Numbered from the stretch's first letter, positions 8,429 through 17,787 are shown. The stretch is 29,246 bases of DNA from a virus (IMGVR_UViG_3300025653_005621:1-29246); one strand, 5' to 3'. Made by a program: numbers and translations. Notes: generated from the letters alone by a model not told the origin.

Positions 8429-9839
8429 TTTTTAACCTTCTGCGTAATTTAATTTCAAGTTGTCGTATGTGTTCGGGTTTTTCAATATCGATGTCTAATT
8501 CTGTGTCAGGATCGTAACCACTCATTACATTTGCGGCATCGTCAACAGCACTTGGTAAGTCAGGCATATTATCACCATATACTTCTCTGCACTGCTCCTC
8601 AAATTCAGAATCATAAAATTGTTCTTCTACTTCTTCTGGGGTTGGTTCAGTTGGCAAAGGAGGTCCTGCACTTTCTAAGTTGATTCCGTAACGTAATAAT
8701 GTTTGGTTGGCCGCAATAACCAGCATAACTGCTAATGGATCAAACACAAACACCAACATTAATATGAATACTTGTACAGCCTTGTCTAATAATTCTTGTC
8801 CGTCACCACCAAATAGTAATTGTGCTACATATTTGATTGGCCCTACTTCTTTTTCTAAATTTCTTACTTCTGATTCAGCCTCAAATTTCTCATCTTTAAG
8901 TGTTGCTATCTTTCCATAAATAGCGTCTATTTCACTATTAAAAGTATCTATCTGGTCCAATGCGTCATCTTGCGAACTTGTACTTTGATTTCTTAATCTG
9001 TTTATTTCTGCATTAGCACTTTGTATTGTTTCTTGTGCTTGACTTCTATATCTGTCAATAGCATCTTGGAAAACTTTAATATCTGCTGTTGCCTGTGTTC
9101 TTAAATTCTTTTGCTGTTCTGCAATTTGGTCACGCTCTACTTGTTGTGTTAGACGCAACGCATCTGCTTGAGCACCATAGTCAATTGTTTCTGTTTCTGC
9201 ACGTCTAAAAGCACCACCTTCGTCTGTGGTAATTACTTCCGTGCCTTTTGCTCTTAGATCATTTACTGCTTTATCCAATGCGGCTAATCTAGTTTCAAGT
9301 GATGCTAAATCTGAAGTAAGTTGAGTTCTAACTGAATCTATTTGGCCTTGGTTATAATCTATATCGCCTTGTACTTGTTCCCATGCTGTATCACGTATTT
9401 GTATTTGTGCATCTATACTATCTTTAACATCAAAGCCTCCATTGCCTATACTGGCAATACGATCTTCTATAATGTCAATACGATTTTCTTCACGTGCTAT
9501 TTGTCCATCTATACGTTCTACTGCCGCAATGGCATCACCACTTACACCGGCCTGGTCTAAGTGAGCCTTAGATAGATAACCAAAGATTCCCATACTGGTT
9601 ATAATCATGAGCACAAGAACTGCGGTGGATAGATATGCTTTTAATGTAAAACTAGTGTCGTCCCAATACCTATATAACCAACTTGCTGTGAGCAGTTTTC
9701 CTACTTCAAGTGTGCCAGCCATCACAGCGATTGGCAATGCGGCCGCACTGAATATGGCCATCAATCCAGCAATGCTGAACCAAGCCGCAACACCGGCTAT
9801 TGCTAGTGCTGTAAATAATGTTAATAGACCAAACCACAT
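8421..9839 (-). CDS. membrane-anchored long coiled-coil phage protein
   Basis: N-terminal TM helices (LEVGKL, ITSMGIFGYLSKAH), long coiled coil, EVGPIKY...FVFDPLAV TM; ATG 9839 preferred because it follows a TAAATA motif. Confidence 0.75.
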   Translation of the reverse strand: MWFGLLTLFTALAIAGVAAWFSIAGLMAIFSAAALPIAVMAGTLEVGKLLTASWLYRYWDDTSFTLKAYLSTAVLVLMIITSMGIFGYLSKAHLDQAGVSGDAIAAVERIDGQIAREENRIDIIEDRIASIGNGGFDVKDSIDAQIQIRDTAWEQVQGDIDYNQGQIDSVRTQLTSDLASLETRLAALDKAVNDLRAKGTEVITTDEGGAFRRAETETIDYGAQADALRLTQQVERDQIAEQQKNLRTQATADIKVFQDAIDRYRSQAQETIQSANAEINRLRNQSTSSQDDALDQIDTFNSEIDAIYGKIATLKDEKFEAESEVRNLEKEVGPIKYVAQLLFGGDGQELLDKAVQVFILMLVFVFDPLAVMLVIAANQTLLRYGINLESAGPPLPTEPTPEEVEEQFYDSEFEEQCREVYGDNMPDLPSAVDDAANVMSGYDPDTELDIDIEKPEHIRQLEIKLRRRLKSG

Positions 9840-9894
9840 AGTATTACTATTTAGTTGGTTTTGATGGGAGGATTTTGCCATTAAATACCTTGTT

Positions 9895-10012
9895 AAAGAT
9901 AGAGGCCCCCACTCGTCAGTGAGGAAAGCCGTCTACGTTCTAAACTCTCGTATAGTCTTATATATTAGCACTGTTATTACTCGTCAGTAGGCAAACAGTG
10001 ACGCCTATCTCC
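9895..10012 (-). ncRNA. candidate structured RNA with twin ACU-GACG-AGU hairpins
   Basis: Exact 10-nt repeat at 9911-9920 and 9979-9988, each capping a stem; 9-bp closing stem with G-U pairs on the minus strand. Confidence 0.5.
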
Positions 10013-10504
10013 TTATAGTTCGTTTGGCACTGAATATGTAATACGTTGAGTATCAGCAAGTTCAACAGTAGCACTATTTGCTTCATGCTCTCTTACTGTT
10101 ACACGTTGTACCCAGCATCTTCCATTTGTAAGTTCTCTTACAATTTCTTCTGCTTTATCAAATGCCATTTCAGCAAACCGTTCACAACCTGTTGCTGTAA
10201 CTTGTCTAACATCAATCAGTTTTTTGTCTGCTAACATTAAAACAGTTTCCATTTCAGGATCATCTTCGGCTACCAAATAAGTGTGATCGAACATATACTT
10301 CAACCACTCTTTAAGTGGCTTCAGTCCCCCAAAGTCCACTATCCAGTTACGTTCATCAAGTTCGTTTCCGCCAAAGACGAATTCAAACTGTAAGGCGTAA
10401 CCATGGATTAAATTGCAATGACTATCTGCTCGCCATTGTCTAAAGGCGCAACTATGCCCAGTGTTGTGTGCATAAGTCTTACCTGAATAAAATCTTTTTG
10501 TCAT
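10013..10504 (-). CDS. queD: 6-carboxytetrahydropterin synthase QueD / PTPS family
   Basis: HCNLIHGY, WIVDFGGLK, FDHTYL, VREHEANSA motifs; GAGG SD favours ATG 10504. Confidence 0.9.
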   Translation of the reverse strand: MTKRFYSGKTYAHNTGHSCAFRQWRADSHCNLIHGYALQFEFVFGGNELDERNWIVDFGGLKPLKEWLKYMFDHTYLVAEDDPEMETVLMLADKKLIDVRQVTATGCERFAEMAFDKAEEIVRELTNGRCWVQRVTVREHEANSATVELADTQRITYSVPNEL

Positions 10505-10535
10505 GTGCATGCCTCAATGTAGAAATAATAAAATT

Positions 10536-10563
10536 ATTATACACTCTATTTAGGCTTTGTCAA
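10536..10563 (-). promoter_or_regulatory. sigma70-type promoter TTGACA-N16-TATAAT for queD
   Basis: TTGACA at 10563-10558 (contains the upstream TGA stop), TATAAT at 10541-10536. Confidence 0.75.
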
Positions 10564-11711
10564 TCTAAAATTGAGAGAAATGTGGTCAGCATATCAACTT
10601 GTTTTTGAGAGTCAAGATCGTTCCATTCTGGAAAAATGTTTGATATTTTTTTGTGTGCATTGTTTACATTTGTATTCAATACATCAATGTTGTGTTTTAT
10701 GATGTCTTGTACTTCTTTAACATTTGGATTGATAATAAAATCCTCTAAGAATCTATGCATGTTATTGCCTTTGTAAAACATTTGATAACCTCTAGATTCC
10801 AACTGCCTATTTGGGAAGTCTTCATATTGAACAAATGGTCTTCCTGCAACAATACATGCATAAGTTTTTTCAGTAATAAAATTTGTTTTTGGATGGGTTT
10901 CTGCAATTACTGATATAGATGTTGTTTCTAAAAATTGTTTGCTAATCAATTGAGTGTAGTCGTTGATACGTAATAATGCTGTATCAATAGGATCAGTTTC
11001 ATGCTCTATCATGAAATCTCTAACTTCACGATAATCAATTCCAGAGCCATCATACAACCTGGCTGTTTCGTTGAGCCACTCTTCTATTGGTATTTCAATT
11101 TTTCCATAATTTGCAACCAGTTGTTTATTCAACGTGAACGTAATGTTTTCTGGGAAATAATTAAGTAAACCTTTGAGAACTAGATATCTATGTGGTCTCA
11201 GTTTACCAGGTAAAAATAGAATTTTCTTAGTGTATGGATGCCAAGATACTTTATGATGCCAATTCGGCCAAAGATCATAAAGCAGTTTAGTTGACAGTTC
11301 AAATGTATCTACAAAATGTAAGTTGTCATTTTTTATATTGTTTGGGCAACCTGGCGGAGAAGGGTTTATTTCAATTGATGAACAACACAAAAAATTACAT
11401 GGTATATTGCTAAAGTTTGGATGTTGTTTAATCAACTCTTGTTTGAACCAAATCATTGAAGCATTGGTAGTAACACAGTTTTCAAATGTATTCCACACAA
11501 CAACAATCTGTTTGATTTGTGAATAGTCTTCGGTATTGTGCTTACTAGGAAAATCAACCCAAACATCTTCTGTTGAAATGTGGGCCCATTGATTGCTGAT
11601 GCGAATAATTAAGGTTGTGCCAACTGCATCAAATTTAGGCCACAAGATATAATTAGATGCTACCTCACCTAATACCTGTTTTTGAATTTTTGTAGGTTGT
11701 GCAAATATCAA
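10560..11711 (-). CDS. putative glycosyltransferase-like protein (ET..TEK..PF family), paralog 2
   Basis: GKLRPHR; ISVIAETH...FITEKTYACIVAGRPFV. Confidence 0.5.
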   Translation of the reverse strand: MIFAQPTKIQKQVLGEVASNYILWPKFDAVGTTLIIRISNQWAHISTEDVWVDFPSKHNTEDYSQIKQIVVVWNTFENCVTTNASMIWFKQELIKQHPNFSNIPCNFLCCSSIEINPSPPGCPNNIKNDNLHFVDTFELSTKLLYDLWPNWHHKVSWHPYTKKILFLPGKLRPHRYLVLKGLLNYFPENITFTLNKQLVANYGKIEIPIEEWLNETARLYDGSGIDYREVRDFMIEHETDPIDTALLRINDYTQLISKQFLETTSISVIAETHPKTNFITEKTYACIVAGRPFVQYEDFPNRQLESRGYQMFYKGNNMHRFLEDFIINPNVKEVQDIIKHNIDVLNTNVNNAHKKISNIFPEWNDLDSQKQVDMLTTFLSILD

Positions 11712-12185
11712 TTATAAAATTCCTGCTTCTTCAGCAGTCATATTTACAATTCCTTCCCTAATTAGTTTGCTTCTATTGGCCATATGCTTTTGTTGGATCT
11801 CATCTTTGTCACCACCAAAGTATGCTACAGCATGTCCTTCCTCTACTAATAATTCAGTGAGTGGACGCCATGCATCTTTGTTTGCATCATAGACAGAAAA
11901 GTCGCCAAGGATACGACCAAACTTACCTTTCATGTCTTCGCCTTTTTTGTTTATTTGCGTTTTGAGAATTGGACCTGATTTGTTTGCAAGTAATTGCTTT
12001 ACTCTGTCCTTTGCGGCTAAACCAAATGCTTTTTCTACTTTGTCTCTTGTTCTGCTTTCTGGTGTGTCTATACCTACAAGCCTTACACGTTCTTCTTTTA
12101 GAACAATACCAAAACCTAAATCGATATCAACATCAACTGTGTCACCATCAACAATTTTAAGCACCTTTACTCTATACTCGTACAT
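11712..12185 (-). CDS. thermonuclease (SNase-like) family nuclease
   Basis: IVDGDTVDVDIDLGF, VRLVGIDTPESRT, GKFGRILG; AAGGAG SD. Confidence 0.9.
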   Translation of the reverse strand: MYEYRVKVLKIVDGDTVDVDIDLGFGIVLKEERVRLVGIDTPESRTRDKVEKAFGLAAKDRVKQLLANKSGPILKTQINKKGEDMKGKFGRILGDFSVYDANKDAWRPLTELLVEEGHAVAYFGGDKDEIQQKHMANRSKLIREGIVNMTAEEAGIL

Positions 12186-12222
12186 ACTACTATCTCCTTA
12201 CCTGTGTGTAGTTTAATAGTAG

Positions 12223-12229
12223 TATTTAT
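12223..12229 (-). promoter_or_regulatory. late promoter motif ATAAATA (leadered; nuclease gene)
   Basis: Contains the upstream TAA; followed by a leader with an AAGGAG SD. Confidence 0.55.
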
Positions 12230-12699
12230 CTTGCAGAAGCAACTAATTGGACTGTGAAAATTATAATAGCAAAGGAAAAACCAATACCTATAACTAATGC
12301 AATCATGTCAATCCAAAAACGTTTACGTTCTGCTCTCTTTTGTGCATCACGCATTCTGGCTTCACGTATTGCTCTACGTTCACGCATCATGTCATTGTAA
12401 AACTGTTGTTGTCCAGTGTAAAGCAAATACTCATAGAGTTCTTTTTCCATTTGCTTTATTTTGTGTTTTGCTTGAGTAATTTGCAATGCCTGTGCTTCGA
12501 CACTGCTACCTGAGAACAGTTTTTTTACTAAAGGTTGATTTGAACCTTGTATGGCATTTTCGCTCAAAGCCTCTTTGGCTTCAAACCACTTACCATAGTA
12601 GTCCATCATGTCTTCGATCTCGCGACCGGCTTCCATACCTTTTTTAAGTGCATTGAAAGCAGAGCTGGCTAAAGAAATAGCCGCCGCAATTTCCATCAT
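12226..12699 (-). CDS. conserved phage protein with C-terminal TM helix
   Basis: Helical protein with a hydrophobic C-terminus; GGAGG SD; upstream ATAAATA at 12727-12733. Confidence 0.7.
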   Translation of the reverse strand: MMEIAAAISLASSAFNALKKGMEAGREIEDMMDYYGKWFEAKEALSENAIQGSNQPLVKKLFSGSSVEAQALQITQAKHKIKQMEKELYEYLLYTGQQQFYNDMMRERRAIREARMRDAQKRAERKRFWIDMIALVIGIGFSFAIIIFTVQLVASAR

Positions 12700-12734
12700 T
12701 AATGAAAATCCTCCGTACCTAAGTGTTATTTATC

Positions 12735-13343
12735 TTAGTGTACGAAGAATGTGTGATTGTCTATAATGGCTACTTGGGTGAATGCGTATTGCCAATCTGG
12801 GTCAGCAAGCCGTGGATTGAAATAGTGTGTTGCACCTTGTGTAAGGTCTTGTAACTGGCCTTCCAGTGCCAGACGTGCAATCTCTATGCTGTCTACCCAT
12901 GCATCCATATTGTATCTTATCACGTTACCGTGTACATCAGTTAGCATGATAGTATCACTTTTACCATCACAGTACCAAGTGAATTGACACATGTTTTTTA
13001 CAGGTACTATTCGATTATGATTTTCTAACCACCATGTGGAATGTACTGCTTGATAAACAACATCACATACAGTATTAGGAAATCTTTTATTATTGACTCT
13101 ATTGATCGTGACGTTTGCAACAGCAATTTTTCCATTCCTGCTTTCTCCCCTTGCTTCAAAATAAATATTTTTTGCAAGGCAATGCATTTGGTCTAAATCA
13201 ACTTCTGGAATAGTTGGCTCTGGTGTAGTGATTACTACTGCAACTTCCTTTTGTACTGGCAATGTTTCAGCAACAGAAACATCTTTATCATAAAATGATA
13301 TAGCAACTATCATTGCTATAAAAACAACTGCAAACCTCTTCAT
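12735..13343 (-). CDS. cell wall hydrolase, SleB / Hydrolase_2 family
   Basis: CLAKNIYFEARGE, AVANVTINRV, FPNTVCDVVYQ, CQFTWYCDGK, GATHYF; N-terminal signal or anchor; AAGGAG SD. Confidence 0.9.
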   Translation of the reverse strand: MKRFAVVFIAMIVAISFYDKDVSVAETLPVQKEVAVVITTPEPTIPEVDLDQMHCLAKNIYFEARGESRNGKIAVANVTINRVNNKRFPNTVCDVVYQAVHSTWWLENHNRIVPVKNMCQFTWYCDGKSDTIMLTDVHGNVIRYNMDAWVDSIEIARLALEGQLQDLTQGATHYFNPRLADPDWQYAFTQVAIIDNHTFFVH

Positions 13344-13361
13344 AAGTTCTCCTTACAATAA

Positions 13362-13655
13362 CTATTTTGCTAGTGTAATGTTTGTAGTACTCTGTAAGTA
13401 TGCTTTGCTAATTTCTTCTTCTGTTGCTACATACGCAACAACCGTATTTTTATTTATATAAAACTTTTCAGCTCTGCTAGTCATCATCCATGGAATAATG
13501 CCCATTTTGCCATCTGGTGTGGCACTGATTGTTGCTGGCTTACTAACAACAAGGTTAATATCTGTGTCATCTTCATAACAAGCAATAATTTCTTCACCGC
13601 TTGTAACTTTAATAGATATAGTACTTCCTTGTTTAATTGGCTTTTCTAATAACAT
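13362..13655 (-). CDS. hypothetical protein, possibly Sm-like beta fold
   Basis: IKVTSGEEII...PWM...Y pattern common in T4-like phages; AGGA SD. Confidence 0.6.
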   Translation of the reverse strand: MLLEKPIKQGSTISIKVTSGEEIIACYEDDTDINLVVSKPATISATPDGKMGIIPWMMTSRAEKFYINKNTVVAYVATEEEISKAYLQSTTNITLAK

Positions 13656-13675
13656 AATTTTATCCTATTTTGTAT

Positions 13676-13704
13676 ATTATATACTATGTTAATGTGTAAG
13701 TCAA
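13676..13704 (-). promoter_or_regulatory. sigma70-type promoter TTGACT-N17-TATAAT
   Basis: TTGACT at 13704-13699, TATAAT at 13681-13676. Confidence 0.7.
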
Positions 13705-13767
13705 TCAATTTTTGGCCAATTTTGACCGTGATTTGAGCCATTTTTAGTAGATTGTCGTAAATATTAT

Positions 13768-13886
13768 TGTGACAGACATGTTTAATGTCTAACAAGTAAT
13801 AGAATATGTGTCCCTCTTAGAATACACTAGATAGTAGAAGAGCACTACAAACCCTCTGTCACAGCTCATTAAGTTGTCCGGACAAC
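13768..13886 (+). ncRNA. candidate small structured RNA
   Basis: TAAATA at 13758-13763 just upstream; 9-bp terminal stem TGTGACAGA/TCTGTCACA; internal hairpins; perfect palindrome GTTGTCCGGACAAC at 13873-13886. Confidence 0.45.
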
Positions 13887-13889
13887 GAC

Positions 13890-14663
13890 TTATAAGTAAA
13901 GTACTTCGTCTTTCTGATAGACAAATTCACCTTTGCTTAATAACTCCATCAACCTAACTCTGGAATCTGATTCTCTACTTCCGTGTACATGCACTGTGCC
14001 TACATCTTGTAGACCCACTCTATTGAATTCTTTATTCATTTGCATACAATCAGACAAAGACATATGACTTGATTCATCATAAAATAAGAATTGATATGCT
14101 AACCTAGGATCATATAATTTTTCAAATGCAACATCTTGACTCCATAACATAGCATTGTAAATAATTTGTTCGCTGTCCCACCTATTAGGATTCCAATTTT
14201 CAACCATTTTTAATCCAAGGTCCCAAACATCTTGACTCATATCTTGCGGATAGTATCGCACTCCACAATTAAAATATTTGTCAAATTTAATATCATAATG
14301 ATCATCTGTTGTACTTACTGGCTGAGTAAAATTGTACATTTTGAAATACTTGGTATCCCAAAAATAATCAACACCTTTAATAAAAATTACGTCAAGATCA
14401 ACATACAAAATATTATGACCTTCTTTCCACAGTTCATATATTTCATAAAAGTTAGTTTTGAAAACGTCTCTGATATTATCTGCTTCTCCGCGAAACACTT
14501 TTACTTCGTCTAAGTCCTTGATGTATTTTTGTGCTGACTCAATTAATAGTTCTTCCATTCTGGCATAATCAGTTTCTAATTGTTCTGAACTATCTGTTTT
14601 ATCGTCCCACCATTTAGAATGATCTGATATTTTATAATTTTTTGCTACTAGAATATTGCTCAT
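13890..14663 (-). CDS. GT-A fold glycosyltransferase (nucleotide-diphospho-sugar transferase-like)
   Basis: ILYVDLDV (DxD), FNCGV, EQIIYN, late HVHG; ATG 14663 is ATGA-coupled. Confidence 0.7.
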   Translation of the reverse strand: MSNILVAKNYKISDHSKWWDDKTDSSEQLETDYARMEELLIESAQKYIKDLDEVKVFRGEADNIRDVFKTNFYEIYELWKEGHNILYVDLDVIFIKGVDYFWDTKYFKMYNFTQPVSTTDDHYDIKFDKYFNCGVRYYPQDMSQDVWDLGLKMVENWNPNRWDSEQIIYNAMLWSQDVAFEKLYDPRLAYQFLFYDESSHMSLSDCMQMNKEFNRVGLQDVGTVHVHGSRESDSRVRLMELLSKGEFVYQKDEVLYL

Positions 14664-15214
14664 GGTTTTATTGCCCACCATGTTGCAAATGCTTCGTCAG
14701 TTTTGCACAGAGGTAAATTATTTGCTTCTCTGAATTCATCTACTGCTTTTATAACACCAAATTCTTCGATGTGACTTTTTGCAATATAATCATGTCCTGC
14801 TAATATGCCACCTGGTTTGATTTTAGGCCACCATGCTTGAATATCTGCTCTAACTGGTTCATATTTGTGATCAGCATCTAAATACACAAAATCCAATGAT
14901 TCATTTTCAAAATGTTTTGATGCACTCACACTATGAGCTCTCCATATTTCTGCACAATCAAAATCTTTTTCAAATGAGTCTTTGACACTGAGATATAAAT
15001 GATCTAAACTTTCTTGACTCTTAAATTCGTTGCCAGGCTTGTCTGTATAACCTTCATATAATTCCCAAGGGTCTATGCCTATAAATTTTTTAGGCTCGAG
15101 GCTTCTTATAATAGTTCTACTGTAATCACCTCGCCATACACCAACTTCAATTGCTGTATCAATATCGCCTAGTTGTTTTTTTACTACCTGTGTTAACCAA
15201 CCTGTTCTTTCCAT
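14660..15214 (-). CDS. class I SAM-dependent methyltransferase (Methyltransf_24-like)
   Basis: IEVGVWRG, GIDPW, LDFVYLDADHKYE, KPGGILAGHDY. Confidence 0.9.
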   Translation of the reverse strand: MERTGWLTQVVKKQLGDIDTAIEVGVWRGDYSRTIIRSLEPKKFIGIDPWELYEGYTDKPGNEFKSQESLDHLYLSVKDSFEKDFDCAEIWRAHSVSASKHFENESLDFVYLDADHKYEPVRADIQAWWPKIKPGGILAGHDYIAKSHIEEFGVIKAVDEFREANNLPLCKTDEAFATWWAIKP

Positions 15215-15216
15215 TT

Positions 15217-16479
15217 TTATCCCATAATCAAATCTTTTCTAGATGAGATGTCATAACGACAGCCATAATCTCTAAGTATACTTCTATTATGTAGCAACAT
15301 ATTCAAATCTTCTTTCTTTTTTTGGTAAAGGTTTGTTGCCCCATAATCACATAATCTTTTTATTTCTTCCTTGTACATATCCCATCTTACTTGTTCAGTA
15401 AACGGAGTAAAATGTTCTTTGTGATTAGGGTCTATTACATCATATGAATAATCAATCCATACAGGAAATTTGAATCCATAATCATGTCTCAAATGTTCTA
15501 AAGTATATGCTCTTCCAAATGGTAATATAAAATGCCCTTTGATAAGCGGTGTCCAAGTTTTTTCTGTTATGCATTTAGTGTTGTTGACACCTGTATATAC
15601 TAATGTTTCTACGTAAATACTCAAACTCGATGAATTGTAATATGCATTATGAGGTGGAGAAAATCCCCAACCATTTAGCCCTAAGAAATCTCTTGTGTGA
15701 TATTTGTCCATATCAGGAAGTAATGACAGCCCTTGTGATATATCACCAATGTATCCTTCGTAATCAAACAGTAACCTATTAAGTTCTTTTCTCAACACAC
15801 TCCTTTGTGCAAGCCGAGGTTTGATTCTTGTTGTACTAGGAGTTACAAAAATTTTGGGAGTTATTTCATGGTTATTCACACAACGCATAAACTCCTGTAA
15901 TTCGTATATGATATCATGGTCAGGTGTGATATCAAAAGTTTTGTGTGGGAAAGTGTCTACAGCACCTTCTACTGGTTCTGGCTTTTGGTACCAATGATTC
16001 TTATGTGCTTTATGCCAATACGGTTCTATTACATCACGTTTGAAATGCATGATGTGAGACCTGTTAAACAAAAAATCTGTGTAGATTAACTCAGATGTAT
16101 CATCATTAACTTTGTTGTAATCAGTGTGTAAATTTACAATTTTTCTAAAGGGAGTATTACCACTGTATTCGAAATTACTAGGTTTCATAATTTCTTCATC
16201 AATGTGAGTAACAAACACGATGTTTACTGCTACCTGATTTTTATTAAAGTGCTTGAACAAATATTCAGAGGTTTCACTGTCTATGTTATTAGGCAACATC
16301 ACAGGAACAATATCTGCTTCTTGTGGTTCTTGAACAAATTCAAAAATTCTATCTTGAAACAACAAATAAAATTCTACTGAAGCCGTATAATTTTCTTGTA
16401 TAGGTCGATCGAGCCAATCTGATGAGTACATGCCGCCCATGGCATCTATGACGTATTCTAATACTTTAATTTTTTCCAT
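15217..16479 (-). CDS. putative glycosyltransferase-like protein (ET..TEK..PF family), paralog 3
   Basis: SIYVETL...ITEKTWTPLIKGHFILPFG...YGFKFPVWIDYSYD; internal ATG 16479 preferred. Confidence 0.5.
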   Translation of the reverse strand: MEKIKVLEYVIDAMGGMYSSDWLDRPIQENYTASVEFYLLFQDRIFEFVQEPQEADIVPVMLPNNIDSETSEYLFKHFNKNQVAVNIVFVTHIDEEIMKPSNFEYSGNTPFRKIVNLHTDYNKVNDDTSELIYTDFLFNRSHIMHFKRDVIEPYWHKAHKNHWYQKPEPVEGAVDTFPHKTFDITPDHDIIYELQEFMRCVNNHEITPKIFVTPSTTRIKPRLAQRSVLRKELNRLLFDYEGYIGDISQGLSLLPDMDKYHTRDFLGLNGWGFSPPHNAYYNSSSLSIYVETLVYTGVNNTKCITEKTWTPLIKGHFILPFGRAYTLEHLRHDYGFKFPVWIDYSYDVIDPNHKEHFTPFTEQVRWDMYKEEIKRLCDYGATNLYQKKKEDLNMLLHNRSILRDYGCRYDISSRKDLIMG

Positions 16480-17512
16480 ATTCAATGCTCTGCAAATACA
16501 GTTGCTCACTAGCCAAATTCTTGGCTTTAGCCTCACATTGAATGTCGAATTGTGGCCAGAAGCTCAGTGCCCATTCGTTAGCATCATGGTTAGGATAGTA
16601 GTCTGAGTGGGCTCTCAGTTTTTGTTTCTTATGACCCTCTTCAAGTAATCCGCCGATATCATGCAAACCAACATGGGTATTGTCACCAGCAGGTAAATGC
16701 TCGTCACGACTGTAACTATAATGCATAGCAGGGCGAACTCCACGCCAACTGTCGATAACTGCTTTAACTCTGTCATCCTCGGGTTGTATGTACTCTTCAT
16801 CTCTAATCCAGTGATGGTGTATGTCTAACACTAATGCTAGGTGATCTACCAATTTAAGACTCTCATCAAGTCCCCAGCACATTTCGTCATTCTCAATAGT
16901 AATAGTATTTAGTGCCTCGGGTGACAATTTAGGAAGTACTTTGATAATACCTTCTGCACCTTGTCTACCTGATATGTGTACGTTGATCTTGAAGTCTTGA
17001 AACTGCTTGCCATAGCCCATCCAACGTGCCATGTTTGCATGATATTCAAATTCGTCAATGCTACGTTCAACTACATCTGGCTTATCACTTGCAAGTACAC
17101 AGAACTGTCCAGGATGGAAACTGAGACGCACATCTTTAGCACGAGCAAGTTCGCCTATACGTGCAAAGCCTTTGCGTAATTCTTCACGGTTATTACTGTC
17201 TTCCCACAAGTAACGCCAAGTAGGTTCAGTAGCCATAGGTATCTGATTACTACCGAGTCGAACCATTTTACGATTATCTGGGAGTGTACTTACATACTCA
17301 ACAAGATTGTATGCACTTTGCATGTTGTGTGTTACCACTTCAAGCAATTTACTTTCTGCTACAACTTTGTCTTGTCTATTACACCAAGCAACAGTAGTGC
17401 CTTTTTCTGTAAAGTTTTGTTGTATTTCTTTTAGAATTTTTGGCTTTTGAGTTTGATCTGGGTCTAGATACTTACAGCAAAAACCTATTCTTTGGATGTC
17501 TTGTTTGAACAT
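16466..17512 (-). CDS. uvsE: UV damage endonuclease UvsE (UVDE)
   Basis: RIGFCCK, VRLSFHPGQFCVLAS, INVHISG, ITIENDE, LVLDIHHHW, LRAHSD, EAKAKNLA. Confidence 0.92.
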   Translation of the reverse strand: MFKQDIQRIGFCCKYLDPDQTQKPKILKEIQQNFTEKGTTVAWCNRQDKVVAESKLLEVVTHNMQSAYNLVEYVSTLPDNRKMVRLGSNQIPMATEPTWRYLWEDSNNREELRKGFARIGELARAKDVRLSFHPGQFCVLASDKPDVVERSIDEFEYHANMARWMGYGKQFQDFKINVHISGRQGAEGIIKVLPKLSPEALNTITIENDEMCWGLDESLKLVDHLALVLDIHHHWIRDEEYIQPEDDRVKAVIDSWRGVRPAMHYSYSRDEHLPAGDNTHVGLHDIGGLLEEGHKKQKLRAHSDYYPNHDANEWALSFWPQFDIQCEAKAKNLASEQLYLQSIEYGKN

Positions 17513-17787
17513 TTCTTTAGTATATCTATGGCTGTGTTAGTTACGTATTTTTCTGCGTCATTAGTTGACATTTTCTTATCAAACATTTTAGCATCTAATA
17601 CAGGTTTTGTCAAGGCACTCATTTGATTAATCATATCTTTCATGAGATCTTCATGTGATTCTCCCATTGCAGGCACAGGTCTTTCGGTGAATGCAACAGG
17701 CACATCATCTTCATAATAGACTTCATGGATGGAATAAAATACTCCATCTTCTGATTCGTGTTTAACTACTCTATGATTCCATGACAT
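17485..17787 (-). CDS. conserved hypothetical phage protein
   Basis: MSWNHRVV...YSIHEVYY motif; ATG lies 6 nt after a consensus -10 box. Confidence 0.7.
   Translation of the reverse strand: MSWNHRVVKHESEDGVFYSIHEVYYEDDVPVAFTERPVPAMGESHEDLMKDMINQMSALTKPVLDAKMFDKKMSTNDAEKYVTNTAIDILKKCSNKTSKE

Noticed and set aside
7797-8435. 212-aa plus-strand ORF
   Set aside because: Antisense shadow of the repeat-rich gene; the other short opposite-strand ORFs in the track were rejected for the same reason
9912-9987. Hammerhead ribozyme (two CUGACGA cores on the minus strand)
   Set aside because: No downstream GAAA or stem II/III arrangement; the CUGACGA sits in hairpin loops
9911-9988. Mini CRISPR array
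   Set aside because: Only two 10-nt repeats and no cas genes in the window
13768-13863. tRNA gene
   Set aside because: No T-loop TTCRA, no D-loop GG, and no canonical arm lengths or CCA end
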